A stretch of 64,000 nt of DNA from Spirochaetota bacterium (GTDB lineage Bacteria; Spirochaetota; Brevinematia; DTOW01): the NCBI GenBank assembly GCA_025061835.1, contig JANXAC010000001.1, forward strand, positions 76,684 through 140,683, in the 5' to 3' direction. Position 1 is the first letter of the stretch. Every line of letters begins with the position of its first letter. A program made the position numbers and the translations under genes. The notes beneath the pieces were generated by a model, which saw nothing but the letters and a program-made list of their open reading frames with translations, did no database searches and was not told the origin of the DNA. Of this stretch, positions 34,371 through 43,874 are shown in pieces.

Positions 34371-37300
34371 TCAAAACCTTCTATTATACCTTACATTCAA
34401 CCTTGGTTCAAATGTAGGCTTGTTTTCAACTAGTGATGAGGAGTATTGGAATTCTAGGAAGAAATTGTAAATAGACCAACTAACAACAAAATTGTGCAAC
34501 ATAACATTAGTAAATTCACTTTCATTACCAACTGTATCAATAAGTAATCTATATTCAAGTAATACATTTGGTATAATATTTTTACCAATCCTTAATTCTG
34601 TGCCTTTCATAATGTCTCTAAATGTGAAGAAAGGATTTCCCTCAACAAGAGATAGGAAGTATGTTGATACAAACGGTGACCTAAAGGTGAATACATCAAG
34701 ACCCGTATATCTTCTTACATTGTATGATAACGCTTCATACAAACCAACTTTCTCTATAAGTGATATACCTTGTTTTAGAGTCCCCCTTAATTCAGTTGGT
34801 AATCCTAGTAACGATGCTATCTCAGATTGGCTCCTTTCAGGTTGTGACCTAAACGAAGACCTAATTGATGTTGCCTTTCCAGATACATCCATAATTACCC
34901 TAACATTCTCTTCCGTTCTGTTGTCAAAAGCATAAGTGTACAGTGTTCCACTTACAAAAGGAACAAAATCCATCTCCTCCCCAGAAAAAACTATTCTCAG
35001 GTTATCAATGTTGAAGTTCTTACCTAGATATATAAGACTACCAGAACTTATGTTAGCAGACCCCGTTAAGAGTAGTGTGTTTTTAGCAAAACTACCTTTT
35101 ACTACTATATTCCCATAATCTACTCTACCGTTTATAACCTCAGATTCAAAGTGCGAGTTGGTCATAGATATAGATAAATTCCAATCTGCTATCTGGGCGA
35201 AGTTGTAACCAAAGAACTCGTCTGTTTGACTTACTTGAACGATAAAGTAATATACTTTTGAACTATCAAGTAATCTGATATTACCACTCATCTGTGGTGC
35301 ATTTGCTCTACCTCTTATATTAAGGTTTGCTACGGAAGGTCCTTGAATTATGAGACCTCCCCCTAAATCTAGGTTTAAACTCAAGTTTCCTCTTAAATTA
35401 ACTATTGATATATCAAGCGATGGATCTCCTATATTCTTTAGGTCTATAACAGAGGATACATTTACGGTAATATTACCACTTGACAACGGTATGTTTTTGG
35501 CTATGATTTTACTATCTCGTAGTTCTACATTCGCTCTTTGGACACTAAATACTGAGTTGATAAAATTGATCCTGATAGATTTTAGCGATAGAATTGCATA
35601 CCCATGCATATCCAATCCATCAGGTTTTATGACAACTCTTGTCTTCCCAAATTCCAACATACCTTCTATATCATCCACAAAATCAGGAACGATAAGGAAT
35701 TCAACTGGTATCCTACCGTTCAAATAACCATCAACTACTCCTTCTTGAATGTCCGCTTTATATTCATACAATTTTTCATTATCTCTTGTGTAAGATACTG
35801 TCAAGGTGTCATTATCCTTGTAAATATTAAGTCCATCTCCAGTCCCTTCAAGTTTGATAACATTACCTTCTACAACGATTCTTCTTTGCCATTTCTCATT
35901 AAGACCCGAGAATCCTTGTGTATCAACATTTACACTTCCCTCAAACTTATCTTCTAAAAATCTCCCGGTAATCTGTATAGCGTCCCTACTCGTCCTTGCA
36001 TTCCCAACCCTTTCCTTAAAGTATAATCTTGAAGACAATGAATTTTTGTTAAATGCTGTGTATAAGTAGAATATGTTATAGTAATTCACAATTGTAGCAT
36101 TTATCTTAATACTTTCATCCTTATAAGCGTTTAGCCTAACCCTGTTGAATATACCTTCAGTTTTTAAATATAGGTCTGCTATGATTTCTTCAATCATTTC
36201 ATAGAGATGTTTTTTTGTCATGTTTAATCTTGTTCTCAAACTACCATCTATCCAAGATATAACACCAAACGCTAATGGAAGTTTTTTAAAGTCTGCTATT
36301 ATATCTAATCTTTCTGGAAGTCCTAGAATAACCAATATCCTTGAGTCACCTATTTTTAGTCTAGATATCACTCCATCACTTACTTTCAGGTCACCAGAGA
36401 ATTCAATTGCTCTAGTTTCGGTATAGATAAAACCATTCGTTATTACAATACTCTCAAAACTACCTATTAGGTCAGACTTGAGATGAAAGGTTCCAAACTT
36501 CAGACCAATTTCTACATTTATATTATCACCAACTATACCCTGTAATTTCGTAAGCGTCAAATCTCCTAGAGGTATGTCTTTGAGTGATAATTCTACCAAT
36601 AGTGCTTTGATATCTAGATCAATACTACCATACTTTCTAGAGACCAGACTAATTTTTGATGAATTACCAGTAACTCTAAAGTAATCCTCAATATTTTGTC
36701 GTTTGAGTTTAACTATACCTGTTGCATAGTCTGAATTGTAGAGTATCTCTCCTTCTAGTGAGAGTTCAAGGTTTTTAATGTTGAGCCTCTTAATGTTTAT
36801 AAAGTTATTGTTAATCCTAACATCAGCAATAACTTGATCATTCTCTCCGTTTATGTAAAGAAGAAAATTAGTGTTTGAAAAACTTACAACTACTATAATA
36901 TTACTTGAGTTTAGAAAAGGAATATTCCCTAAAATCTGAGACAATAACTTATCCTTTATCTCAATCCTTCCGTCAAGTTTATCCAATCTTATACTTCCAT
37001 CTAGGTAACTATTTACAACTACAATCCTGTTTGAATTTATAATCATCCCGTTCAACAAACTCCCTTTAACAGGACCAATATCAATATAAGATGAGTTAAT
37101 TTTTATGTTATCTTTAACTTCCGAAAGGAAATATCCATCAAGTTTTAATTTTCCTAAATAGAAGTTTTTGATTGAAAACGACAAAACTCTATTCTCAAGG
37201 TCAATAGACAACCTCTTACTGTTCGTATTTCTGTACCTTACTTTTAGAGTAGTATCTTCATCAAGTCTTTTGTAGTATATGTAGAAATTCGTGGAGATTA

Positions 37301-38237
37301 CATTTAGAAAAGTTCCATCACTTGACAGGTTAAAAGTAATAATTGAGTCCTTTAAAATACTTTTAAACATGTTTTCAACATCAGGTGCGAATTCTGGTGG
37401 TATCAGTGCGGATAGATAAGAACTCACAGGATAGAGCCTGTCGAGAAGGTCATAAACTTGAATTTCAAACTTTATGTTTTCGGAAGAAAGTTCCATATAT
37501 GCGTAGTAGTCTGGATCTAGAAATATTCCTACTATTCTATCATCCTGTTTTGAAAGATGAACCTTGACATCTACAATACCTATATTAAACAAATGATTAC
37601 TCGTGAAAACCAAAAAACCGTTTAGGTTGCTTATGTTTCCCTGATTATCTATTGTTATTATACCCGACGACTCAAGTGTAGATTGTAGTATTGGTGTAGA
37701 TTCGTTAAGATCCAACTTTATCTGAGTCAAGACATCAAATACAACATTACCATCTATCACATTAATAGATGTATTATCTATTCCTACACGAATACCTTCA
37801 GTGATAATAGTAATATCATTGAACCTAAATCTAGAGCCTTGCAGTAGATTTAGAATATCGTAAATATACTTTCTTTCAAACTGATTTGTCCCAGTAGTTG
37901 AAGAATTAATTGATAGTAGTTGTATTACTACATTGGATGTATACAAATAACTTATTGGTATTCTTCTTAAAATTAACTTTCTTACGTCAATCATTAATTC
38001 AATATCCTTCAAGGTCACTATGAAGTCAGAATTAGAAATTTCAACACCCTCTACCCTTACTAAAAGATCTGGAGTAATTACCACCCTCTTAACCTTTGCA
38101 TATATATCAAAAGTTTCAAGTTGCTCCATTAATACATCCTTGTTTGAATTAACCAGTATGTTAGCAAGACCTATGACAAGAAAATACATTAGAACTATTA
38201 GAATAACTACCTTAATTGGTGAAAAACTTAGTTTCAT
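34371..38237 (-). CDS. giant TamB/AsmA-like envelope protein (N-terminal transmembrane anchor, long beta-rich body)
   Basis: 1288 aa with a single N-terminal transmembrane helix (VVILIVLMYFLVIGLANILV). The N/I/S/G-rich repetitive beta-strand body and a C-terminal beta-strand ending are consistent with TamB/DUF490 architecture. This is inference from architecture; no search was run. Confidence 0.5.
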   Translation of the reverse strand: MKLSFSPIKVVILIVLMYFLVIGLANILVNSNKDVLMEQLETFDIYAKVKRVVITPDLLVRVEGVEISNSDFIVTLKDIELMIDVRKLILRRIPISYLYTSNVVIQLLSINSSTTGTNQFERKYIYDILNLLQGSRFRFNDITIITEGIRVGIDNTSINVIDGNVVFDVLTQIKLDLNESTPILQSTLESSGIITIDNQGNISNLNGFLVFTSNHLFNIGIVDVKVHLSKQDDRIVGIFLDPDYYAYMELSSENIKFEIQVYDLLDRLYPVSSYLSALIPPEFAPDVENMFKSILKDSIITFNLSSDGTFLNVISTNFYIYYKRLDEDTTLKVRYRNTNSKRLSIDLENRVLSFSIKNFYLGKLKLDGYFLSEVKDNIKINSSYIDIGPVKGSLLNGMIINSNRIVVVNSYLDGSIRLDKLDGRIEIKDKLLSQILGNIPFLNSSNIIVVVSFSNTNFLLYINGENDQVIADVRINNNFINIKRLNIKNLELSLEGEILYNSDYATGIVKLKRQNIEDYFRVTGNSSKISLVSRKYGSIDLDIKALLVELSLKDIPLGDLTLTKLQGIVGDNINVEIGLKFGTFHLKSDLIGSFESIVITNGFIYTETRAIEFSGDLKVSDGVISRLKIGDSRILVILGLPERLDIIADFKKLPLAFGVISWIDGSLRTRLNMTKKHLYEMIEEIIADLYLKTEGIFNRVRLNAYKDESIKINATIVNYYNIFYLYTAFNKNSLSSRLYFKERVGNARTSRDAIQITGRFLEDKFEGSVNVDTQGFSGLNEKWQRRIVVEGNVIKLEGTGDGLNIYKDNDTLTVSYTRDNEKLYEYKADIQEGVVDGYLNGRIPVEFLIVPDFVDDIEGMLEFGKTRVVIKPDGLDMHGYAILSLKSIRINFINSVFSVQRANVELRDSKIIAKNIPLSSGNITVNVSSVIDLKNIGDPSLDISIVNLRGNLSLNLDLGGGLIIQGPSVANLNIRGRANAPQMSGNIRLLDSSKVYYFIVQVSQTDEFFGYNFAQIADWNLSISMTNSHFESEVINGRVDYGNIVVKGSFAKNTLLLTGSANISSGSLIYLGKNFNIDNLRIVFSGEEMDFVPFVSGTLYTYAFDNRTEENVRVIMDVSGKATSIRSSFRSQPERSQSEIASLLGLPTELRGTLKQGISLIEKVGLYEALSYNVRRYTGLDVFTFRSPFVSTYFLSLVEGNPFFTFRDIMKGTELRIGKNIIPNVLLEYRLLIDTVGNESEFTNVMLHNFVVSWSIYNFFLEFQYSSSLVENKPTFEPRLNVRYNRRF

Positions 38238-38279
38238 ATTACATTAAAATTATACTAAAAAATCTAACACTCAAGAAAA

Positions 38280-39203
38280 TTAGAAAGTTAATTCACTAAA
38301 AGTGCTAACATTAATTTCAGGAACAGTCTTTTTTACTAATCCTTTCAAAACCTGTCCGGGACCAACTTCTATTACAAGATCTGGGTTTAGTGATTTTATA
38401 TACTCAACTATGCTCGTCCATAGAACGGGTGAGTACATTTGTTTTTCCGTAATATCCAACATTTCCTCTTTTGAAGATGGGTATGGTTTTGCGTTGTAGT
38501 TTGCTATCACTGGTATGGATGGTGAAGATAGGTTTATGGTTTCTAGAAACTTTCTAAATTCTTTCGCTGGAGCTTCCATAAGCTTTGAGTGAAATGCTCC
38601 AGATACTGCTAATTCAATTACTCTTTTAGCACCAGCAGACTTGAGTAGTTCGGTTGCTTCTTGTATAGCTGATCTATAACCGGATATAACAGTCTGGTCA
38701 GGTGCATTGTAATTAACTGGTTCTACATACTTACCTTGGTCTGTGAGTTTATCGCATATTTCTTTTATTTTCTCTGGTGCTAGTCCTATAACTGCTGCCA
38801 TACCACCTTTACCTTCAGGGTCTGCCTTGGACATAAGTTCTCCTCTCTTCCTCACAATCTTCACACCATCTTCAAACGAAAACACTCCTGATGAGTAGAG
38901 AGCAGAGTATTCACCTAGACTATGCCCCGCAACAGCGATAATATTCATATCCTTAATCTCTCTCTTTATAACCTCTAACATACAAGCAGAGATTAGGAAT
39001 ATACTTGGTTGTGCGTTGTACGTGTCTTTAAGTGTGTCTTCACTACTTCTAAATATTATCTCCTCCATATCTACTCCTATTACATTACTAGCAGTTTTGA
39101 ACATCTCTCTCACATAATCAAACCTATCATAGATGTCCTTACCCATTCCAACCGATTGAGACCCCTGTCCCGGAAAGATTAAAACTACATTTCTCATAAA
39201 CAA
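38280..39203 (-). CDS. fabD: malonyl CoA-ACP transacylase
   Basis: Motifs FPGQGSQ and GHSLGEYSA. Confidence 0.85.
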   Translation of the reverse strand: MFMRNVVLIFPGQGSQSVGMGKDIYDRFDYVREMFKTASNVIGVDMEEIIFRSSEDTLKDTYNAQPSIFLISACMLEVIKREIKDMNIIAVAGHSLGEYSALYSSGVFSFEDGVKIVRKRGELMSKADPEGKGGMAAVIGLAPEKIKEICDKLTDQGKYVEPVNYNAPDQTVISGYRSAIQEATELLKSAGAKRVIELAVSGAFHSKLMEAPAKEFRKFLETINLSSPSIPVIANYNAKPYPSSKEEMLDITEKQMYSPVLWTSIVEYIKSLNPDLVIEVGPGQVLKGLVKKTVPEINVSTFSELTF

Positions 39204-39373
39204 CCTCCCAAGAAATTTTAATCGGATATATCCATATCTATCTACTTTTCATCTTGACTCTATAGGTTCTAGAATTTGGCAGATCAACATATTTAATCAA
39301 ACTTGGAATTAATCTTTATGGGAATAAACAATGATTATCCAACAATAGACATATCTACTTACGAAAGTATAAG

Positions 39374-40327
39374 TTATCTAACTATATACCTTTTAGGATT
39401 CACCTTTCTTCCATTTTTTATGACCTCAAAGTGTAGATGTGGTCCTGTTGTCATACCTGTATCACCTACTCTTCCTATGATATGTCCTCTACTTACTCTC
39501 TGGCCTTCTTTTACCAGTATTTTAGAAAGATGTCCGTATAGCGTTTTAGTTGATGAACTGTGTTTTATGACTATGAAGTATCCATATCCTTCGTCGTATC
39601 CAGTTTTTTCAACTATTCCATACATTGCAGATTTCACAGGAGACCCGTAAGGTGCGGATATGTCAAGACCTGAATGGAATCTACGGAGGCCTAAAACTGG
39701 ATGTATCCTATACCCATAACCAGATGTAAATCTACCTAGAAGTGGTTTCAAAAAACCTATACCAAGCATATCAGTAATCTCCCGCCAACTCAATTCTACT
39801 CCCGGAACTAGACATTCATTCTTGAAATGCATTTTATAGCCGTTTGCTATGAACACTTCAAATGGATGAACATTATACTTACTCGCAACATCAAATACAG
39901 AGAAACTACCAGCCTTCCTATACTTTACAACATCTTCTTCCGCATAAAGAAGATTCTTTCCAACCGCCAAAGATTGCGATGACAAAACATTAAGACTCAC
40001 TAGTGTGCTTATGGAAGTGCCTAACTTCTTTGATATACTTAGTAGTGTGTCTCCTTTAACTACTTTGTATTCTTTAATTTGTATCGGTGATACATCAATA
40101 CCCAAGTATCTTCTGTAAAAAAGATGTATGATATATTCATCACTTTTTGATACAAGTGAAGGAATTAGGTTTGAGATAATACTGTATAGAGACACTATTA
40201 TCATCACTAGAGATATTAGGGCTATGGTGATAGGTCCGAGTTCTTTAAGTGCCAGTAGTAGTTGTTGTATAAATAGTCTTCTTCTTACCGAATAATTAAG
40301 TTTAAGGATTTGCCTATAAAGGCTCAT
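39374..40327 (-). CDS. membrane-anchored LysM-domain M23 metallopeptidase
   Basis: N-terminal transmembrane helix, LysM (YKVVKGDTLLSISKKLG), and M23 motifs (HSGLD...GHIIGRVGDTGMTTGPHLHFEV). Confidence 0.8.
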   Translation of the reverse strand: MSLYRQILKLNYSVRRRLFIQQLLLALKELGPITIALISLVMIIVSLYSIISNLIPSLVSKSDEYIIHLFYRRYLGIDVSPIQIKEYKVVKGDTLLSISKKLGTSISTLVSLNVLSSQSLAVGKNLLYAEEDVVKYRKAGSFSVFDVASKYNVHPFEVFIANGYKMHFKNECLVPGVELSWREITDMLGIGFLKPLLGRFTSGYGYRIHPVLGLRRFHSGLDISAPYGSPVKSAMYGIVEKTGYDEGYGYFIVIKHSSSTKTLYGHLSKILVKEGQRVSRGHIIGRVGDTGMTTGPHLHFEVIKNGRKVNPKRYIVR

Positions 40328-40330
40328 AAT

Positions 40331-41125
40331 TTATCTCTTCAGATTAACTGCAGTTCCAAGCATACTATCGGTTGTTTGGATGCTTTTTGAATTAAACTCA
40401 TAAGCTCTCTGTGCTACTATCATATCAACAAACTCTCTAACTGCATTTACATTTGACATTTCAAGAAAACCTTGGTGAAGTTTCCCAAAACCATCTTTTG
40501 AAGGTATTCCTTCGTAAGCAGGACCTGAAGCAGGTGTTTCCCTGAAAAGGTTCTCACCAATACTGTCAAGTCCGGCAGGGTTTGTAAATCTGTAGAGTTT
40601 TATTTGACCGACTTCAATCTCATCGTTTGAGTCAAAAACTTTAGCATACACCATCCCATTATCAAGTATCTTTATACTCTCAAATCTAAAACCTTCTGGA
40701 AATACTATCTGAGGGTCAAACCTATACCCGTTTGATGTTAGTAATTCTCCGTTTGAGTCCAGTTTAAATGAACCATCTCTTGTGTATGCGTATGTTCCAT
40801 CAGGTAGCACTATTCTGAAGTATCCCTCACCTGCTATCGCTACATCAAGTTTGTTACCAGTATTCTGTAGTGCTCCTTGTGTGTGAAACTTGAATGTTGC
40901 CGAAGGTTTAACACCAAGTCCAACCTGTATCGGCACAGGATAGATTGTAAGTTCAGAAGAAGGAGTTCCTGCCATTCGCTGTGTCTGATAGAGTAATTCC
41001 TCAAACTCTGCTCTACTTCTTTTATAGCCAGTTGTGTTAATGTTAGCAAGGTTGTTTGATATAACATCTATGTTAAACTGTCCTCCTATCATCCCAGATG
41101 CTCCAGTCCAGAGCGACCTGACCAT
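40331..41125 (-). CDS. flgG: flagellar basal-body rod protein FlgG
   Basis: N-terminal rod/hook signature (SLWTGASGMIGGQFNIDVISNNLANINTTGYK) and conserved C-terminal domain (VAQRAYEFNSKSIQT). Start chosen at the Met preceded by GGAGGT. Confidence 0.8.
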   Translation of the reverse strand: MVRSLWTGASGMIGGQFNIDVISNNLANINTTGYKRSRAEFEELLYQTQRMAGTPSSELTIYPVPIQVGLGVKPSATFKFHTQGALQNTGNKLDVAIAGEGYFRIVLPDGTYAYTRDGSFKLDSNGELLTSNGYRFDPQIVFPEGFRFESIKILDNGMVYAKVFDSNDEIEVGQIKLYRFTNPAGLDSIGENLFRETPASGPAYEGIPSKDGFGKLHQGFLEMSNVNAVREFVDMIVAQRAYEFNSKSIQTTDSMLGTAVNLKR

Positions 41126-41404
41126 AACTACCTCCAAATCACAACTAATCCTAATTTTCGTATAAATTTGAACAAACTCAATGTTTGAAACAATAGGTAC
41201 AGAAGAATTAAACAAGTCTTAAATACAAGAGCTTCGTAGAATTTTGTTTTCCAAGAAAACCTGAAATTTCCTAAGAATTTTCAATCTATCTCTACTAGTT
41301 TTAGATACACTAACATATACTAAACTTACACAATTTACACTACCTGTCTTGCTAACTATTCTGATTTAACTTCGTTTTGTCGTGTTAGATAGACAAAGAG
41401 ACAC

Positions 41405-43198
41405 CTAATAACTTATCTTCTTAATTTCTTTTATCTTTTTCTCCTCCATCGCAAGGACATGCTTCTCCTCTAGCAATTCTTCAAGTATCTCTTGGTCCGT
41501 TGTATCTTTTGATACTCTCTCTATTATTGCTTGAATTTCTCTCTTCCTCTCCCTTATGTTCTTTATCTTGTAGAGACTTAGAAGGAAGTCAAAATCTTCC
41601 TTTAGGTTTTCGGAGTAAGTCCTTACAAATCCAGCGACTTTTGACTCAACTTCAGACTGTAGTAGGTAAAGTTGATTTATAGTCTCATCATCTATCTCCT
41701 CACTTATAAGGTAATTCTCAAGAAAGAATAAGTATGACCTAGCAGTTTCATCTCTTATATCACTTATATCTACTTCCGACTTTAGTGTCTCTATGAGAAT
41801 GTTGTTTTTGGATATCATGTAAGCGAGTATAAGTTCCAGAGTGTTAAGAGAAAGACTTGAATAATTTACCATAATGTTATCAATGGTAATACGCTGTCTA
41901 TTTTGATACTTCTCAAACTCTGAACGCATTATGGTCTGACTTATTCCCATCATTTCAGAGACTTTTTTAAGCGCTTCTTCTTTGTCGTATAGATTTCTAA
42001 ACACAGATATTAGCGAAAAAAATTTTAGAACAAGAGACATCCTTGAGTTTTTATCAACACTACTCATCAAATCTTTGTAGGACTCAATAAAGAAATCAAT
42101 TACACTCATAGAATTAGATAGTAACAATTTTTCATCTATCACCTCTCCCTTGTTATCGTAAAATTTGATAAACTCATCTGGGTCCTTCTGACTAACTTTT
42201 ACAACCTTTACATCAAGGTCGGAGTTGTTCATTATAAGAAAAACTGCTCTCTCAACTGCGTTTATCCCCGCATTATCAGAGTCAAAGAATAGATATATCT
42301 CTTTGGCTATATTACTTATCAGTCTAAGTTGCTCAACCGTAAGAGAAGTTCCCATAACCCCACAAACATTATCAATCCCTTTCCTGTGAAGAGATATAAC
42401 ATCAAAATACCCTTCTACCAAGAAAACTCTTCCCGTTTCTCTTATCGCATTTTTTGCGTTGTTTAAACCAAAAAGTATCTGTCTTTTTTTGAATATTGGT
42501 GTCTCCGGTAGATTTATATACTTTGGTTCTTTAGTGTCTTCTGAAAGTGTTCTGCCAGCAAAACCAACAATATCACCATATTCGTTTTCAATAGGAAATG
42601 TTAGTCTATTTCTCAAAAGGTCTATAGGTCCTGATGTTGTGCTAACCACAAGTCTTGACTCAAAGATCGTCTCATCAGTGAAGAATTTTGACTTCAAGTA
42701 TCTATACAACAAATCTTTTGAGTTTGGAGACATACCAAACTTGAACTTCTTTGCAGTTTTTGAGTCTATTTTCCTACTTTTTAGGTAGTTTATTCCTATC
42801 TTTTGTTTGTCTCCTTTGGTTAGGTAGTAGTAGAAGAATTTCTGTGCTTCCATATTGAGTTGCTTTAGAGATAAGATTATTGACCTACTTTTAGATGTCC
42901 TTGACAGATAACTATCAATATCGATTCCTGCTTCTTTTCCAACCTTTCTAACTGCCTCCATAAATGATATTTTCTCAATCTCCATAACGAAAGTTATGAC
43001 ATCGCCAGTCTTGCCGCACCCGAAGCAGTGGAATATCCCCTTATCTGGAGAGATAGTAAAAGAAGGTGTCTTATCATTATGGAACGGACAGTTTGCGATA
43101 TAATTTTTACCGGACTTCTTTAGGTTTATGTATCTACCTATAACATCTTCTATCCTAACGAGACTCTTTATGTTGGATATGATTTCCCTTATGTCCAT
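41405..43198 (-). CDS. dnaG: DNA primase
   Basis: Zinc-binding CPFHNDKTPSF...CFGCG, then Toprim (EGYFDV...DSDNAG). Start set at MDIREII, which abuts the hisH stop codon. Confidence 0.85.
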   Translation of the reverse strand: MDIREIISNIKSLVRIEDVIGRYINLKKSGKNYIANCPFHNDKTPSFTISPDKGIFHCFGCGKTGDVITFVMEIEKISFMEAVRKVGKEAGIDIDSYLSRTSKSRSIILSLKQLNMEAQKFFYYYLTKGDKQKIGINYLKSRKIDSKTAKKFKFGMSPNSKDLLYRYLKSKFFTDETIFESRLVVSTTSGPIDLLRNRLTFPIENEYGDIVGFAGRTLSEDTKEPKYINLPETPIFKKRQILFGLNNAKNAIRETGRVFLVEGYFDVISLHRKGIDNVCGVMGTSLTVEQLRLISNIAKEIYLFFDSDNAGINAVERAVFLIMNNSDLDVKVVKVSQKDPDEFIKFYDNKGEVIDEKLLLSNSMSVIDFFIESYKDLMSSVDKNSRMSLVLKFFSLISVFRNLYDKEEALKKVSEMMGISQTIMRSEFEKYQNRQRITIDNIMVNYSSLSLNTLELILAYMISKNNILIETLKSEVDISDIRDETARSYLFFLENYLISEEIDDETINQLYLLQSEVESKVAGFVRTYSENLKEDFDFLLSLYKIKNIRERKREIQAIIERVSKDTTDQEILEELLEEKHVLAMEEKKIKEIKKISY

Positions 43199-43199
43199 A

Positions 43200-43817
43200 C
43201 TAAAAATTCTGTAGGAACTTTCTAATGATATTTTCGCCGTTCTTGTGACTCTTTTCTGGATGAAACTGAACTGCAAAAATGTTATCAACAAGTATTGATG
43301 ATGTAAAGACCTCTCCGTTATAGTCGGTTGTAGTATTTACCACAGTATTATCTTTAGGATTTGCATAGAATGAATGGACGAAATAGAAGTACTTACCTTC
43401 ATCTTCAGAGTTGAAAAACAGAGTTTCTTTCTTAACATTTACCTGATTCCAACCTATATGTGGTATAGGTTGAGCAAATCTGAACCTAACAACTTCACCT
43501 TTAAGAATCCCTAATCCTTCGTAAGTTCCATTTTCATAACCAATCTCAAAAAGAACTTGAAGCCCAACACATACTCCCATAAACTTTCTACCACTCCTTA
43601 TCCATTCCCTAACAAACTCGTCAATCTTACTTTCCTTTAGGTTTTTCATCACATCTCCAAAAGCGCCAACCCCTGGAAGTATTATCTTACTAGATGCCCT
43701 AAGGACTTCTATATCAGAAGAAACTACAACTTCAATCCCCATACTCTTTCCAACACGAACGATAGCGTTAATCATACTTCTTATATTACCAGCTCCATAG
43801 TCTATGATTCCAACCAT
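43200..43817 (-). CDS. hisH: imidazole glycerol phosphate synthase glutamine amidotransferase subunit HisH
   Basis: N-terminus MVGIIDYGAGNIRS, catalytic Cys (GVCVGLQ) and the HPEKS His/Glu. Confidence 0.8.
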   Translation of the reverse strand: MVGIIDYGAGNIRSMINAIVRVGKSMGIEVVVSSDIEVLRASSKIILPGVGAFGDVMKNLKESKIDEFVREWIRSGRKFMGVCVGLQVLFEIGYENGTYEGLGILKGEVVRFRFAQPIPHIGWNQVNVKKETLFFNSEDEGKYFYFVHSFYANPKDNTVVNTTTDYNGEVFTSSILVDNIFAVQFHPEKSHKNGENIIRKFLQNF

Positions 43818-43874
43818 AAGAAAATTATAAACAAAAACCTAGATTGCTTATAAATTTGAAAGACTTCAAACCTT

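Noticed and set aside
34492-38247. Plus-strand ORFs of 60-147 aa across 34.5-38.2 kb.
   Set aside because: They are antisense to the 1288-aa TamB-like gene. They have low-complexity translations and no RBS.
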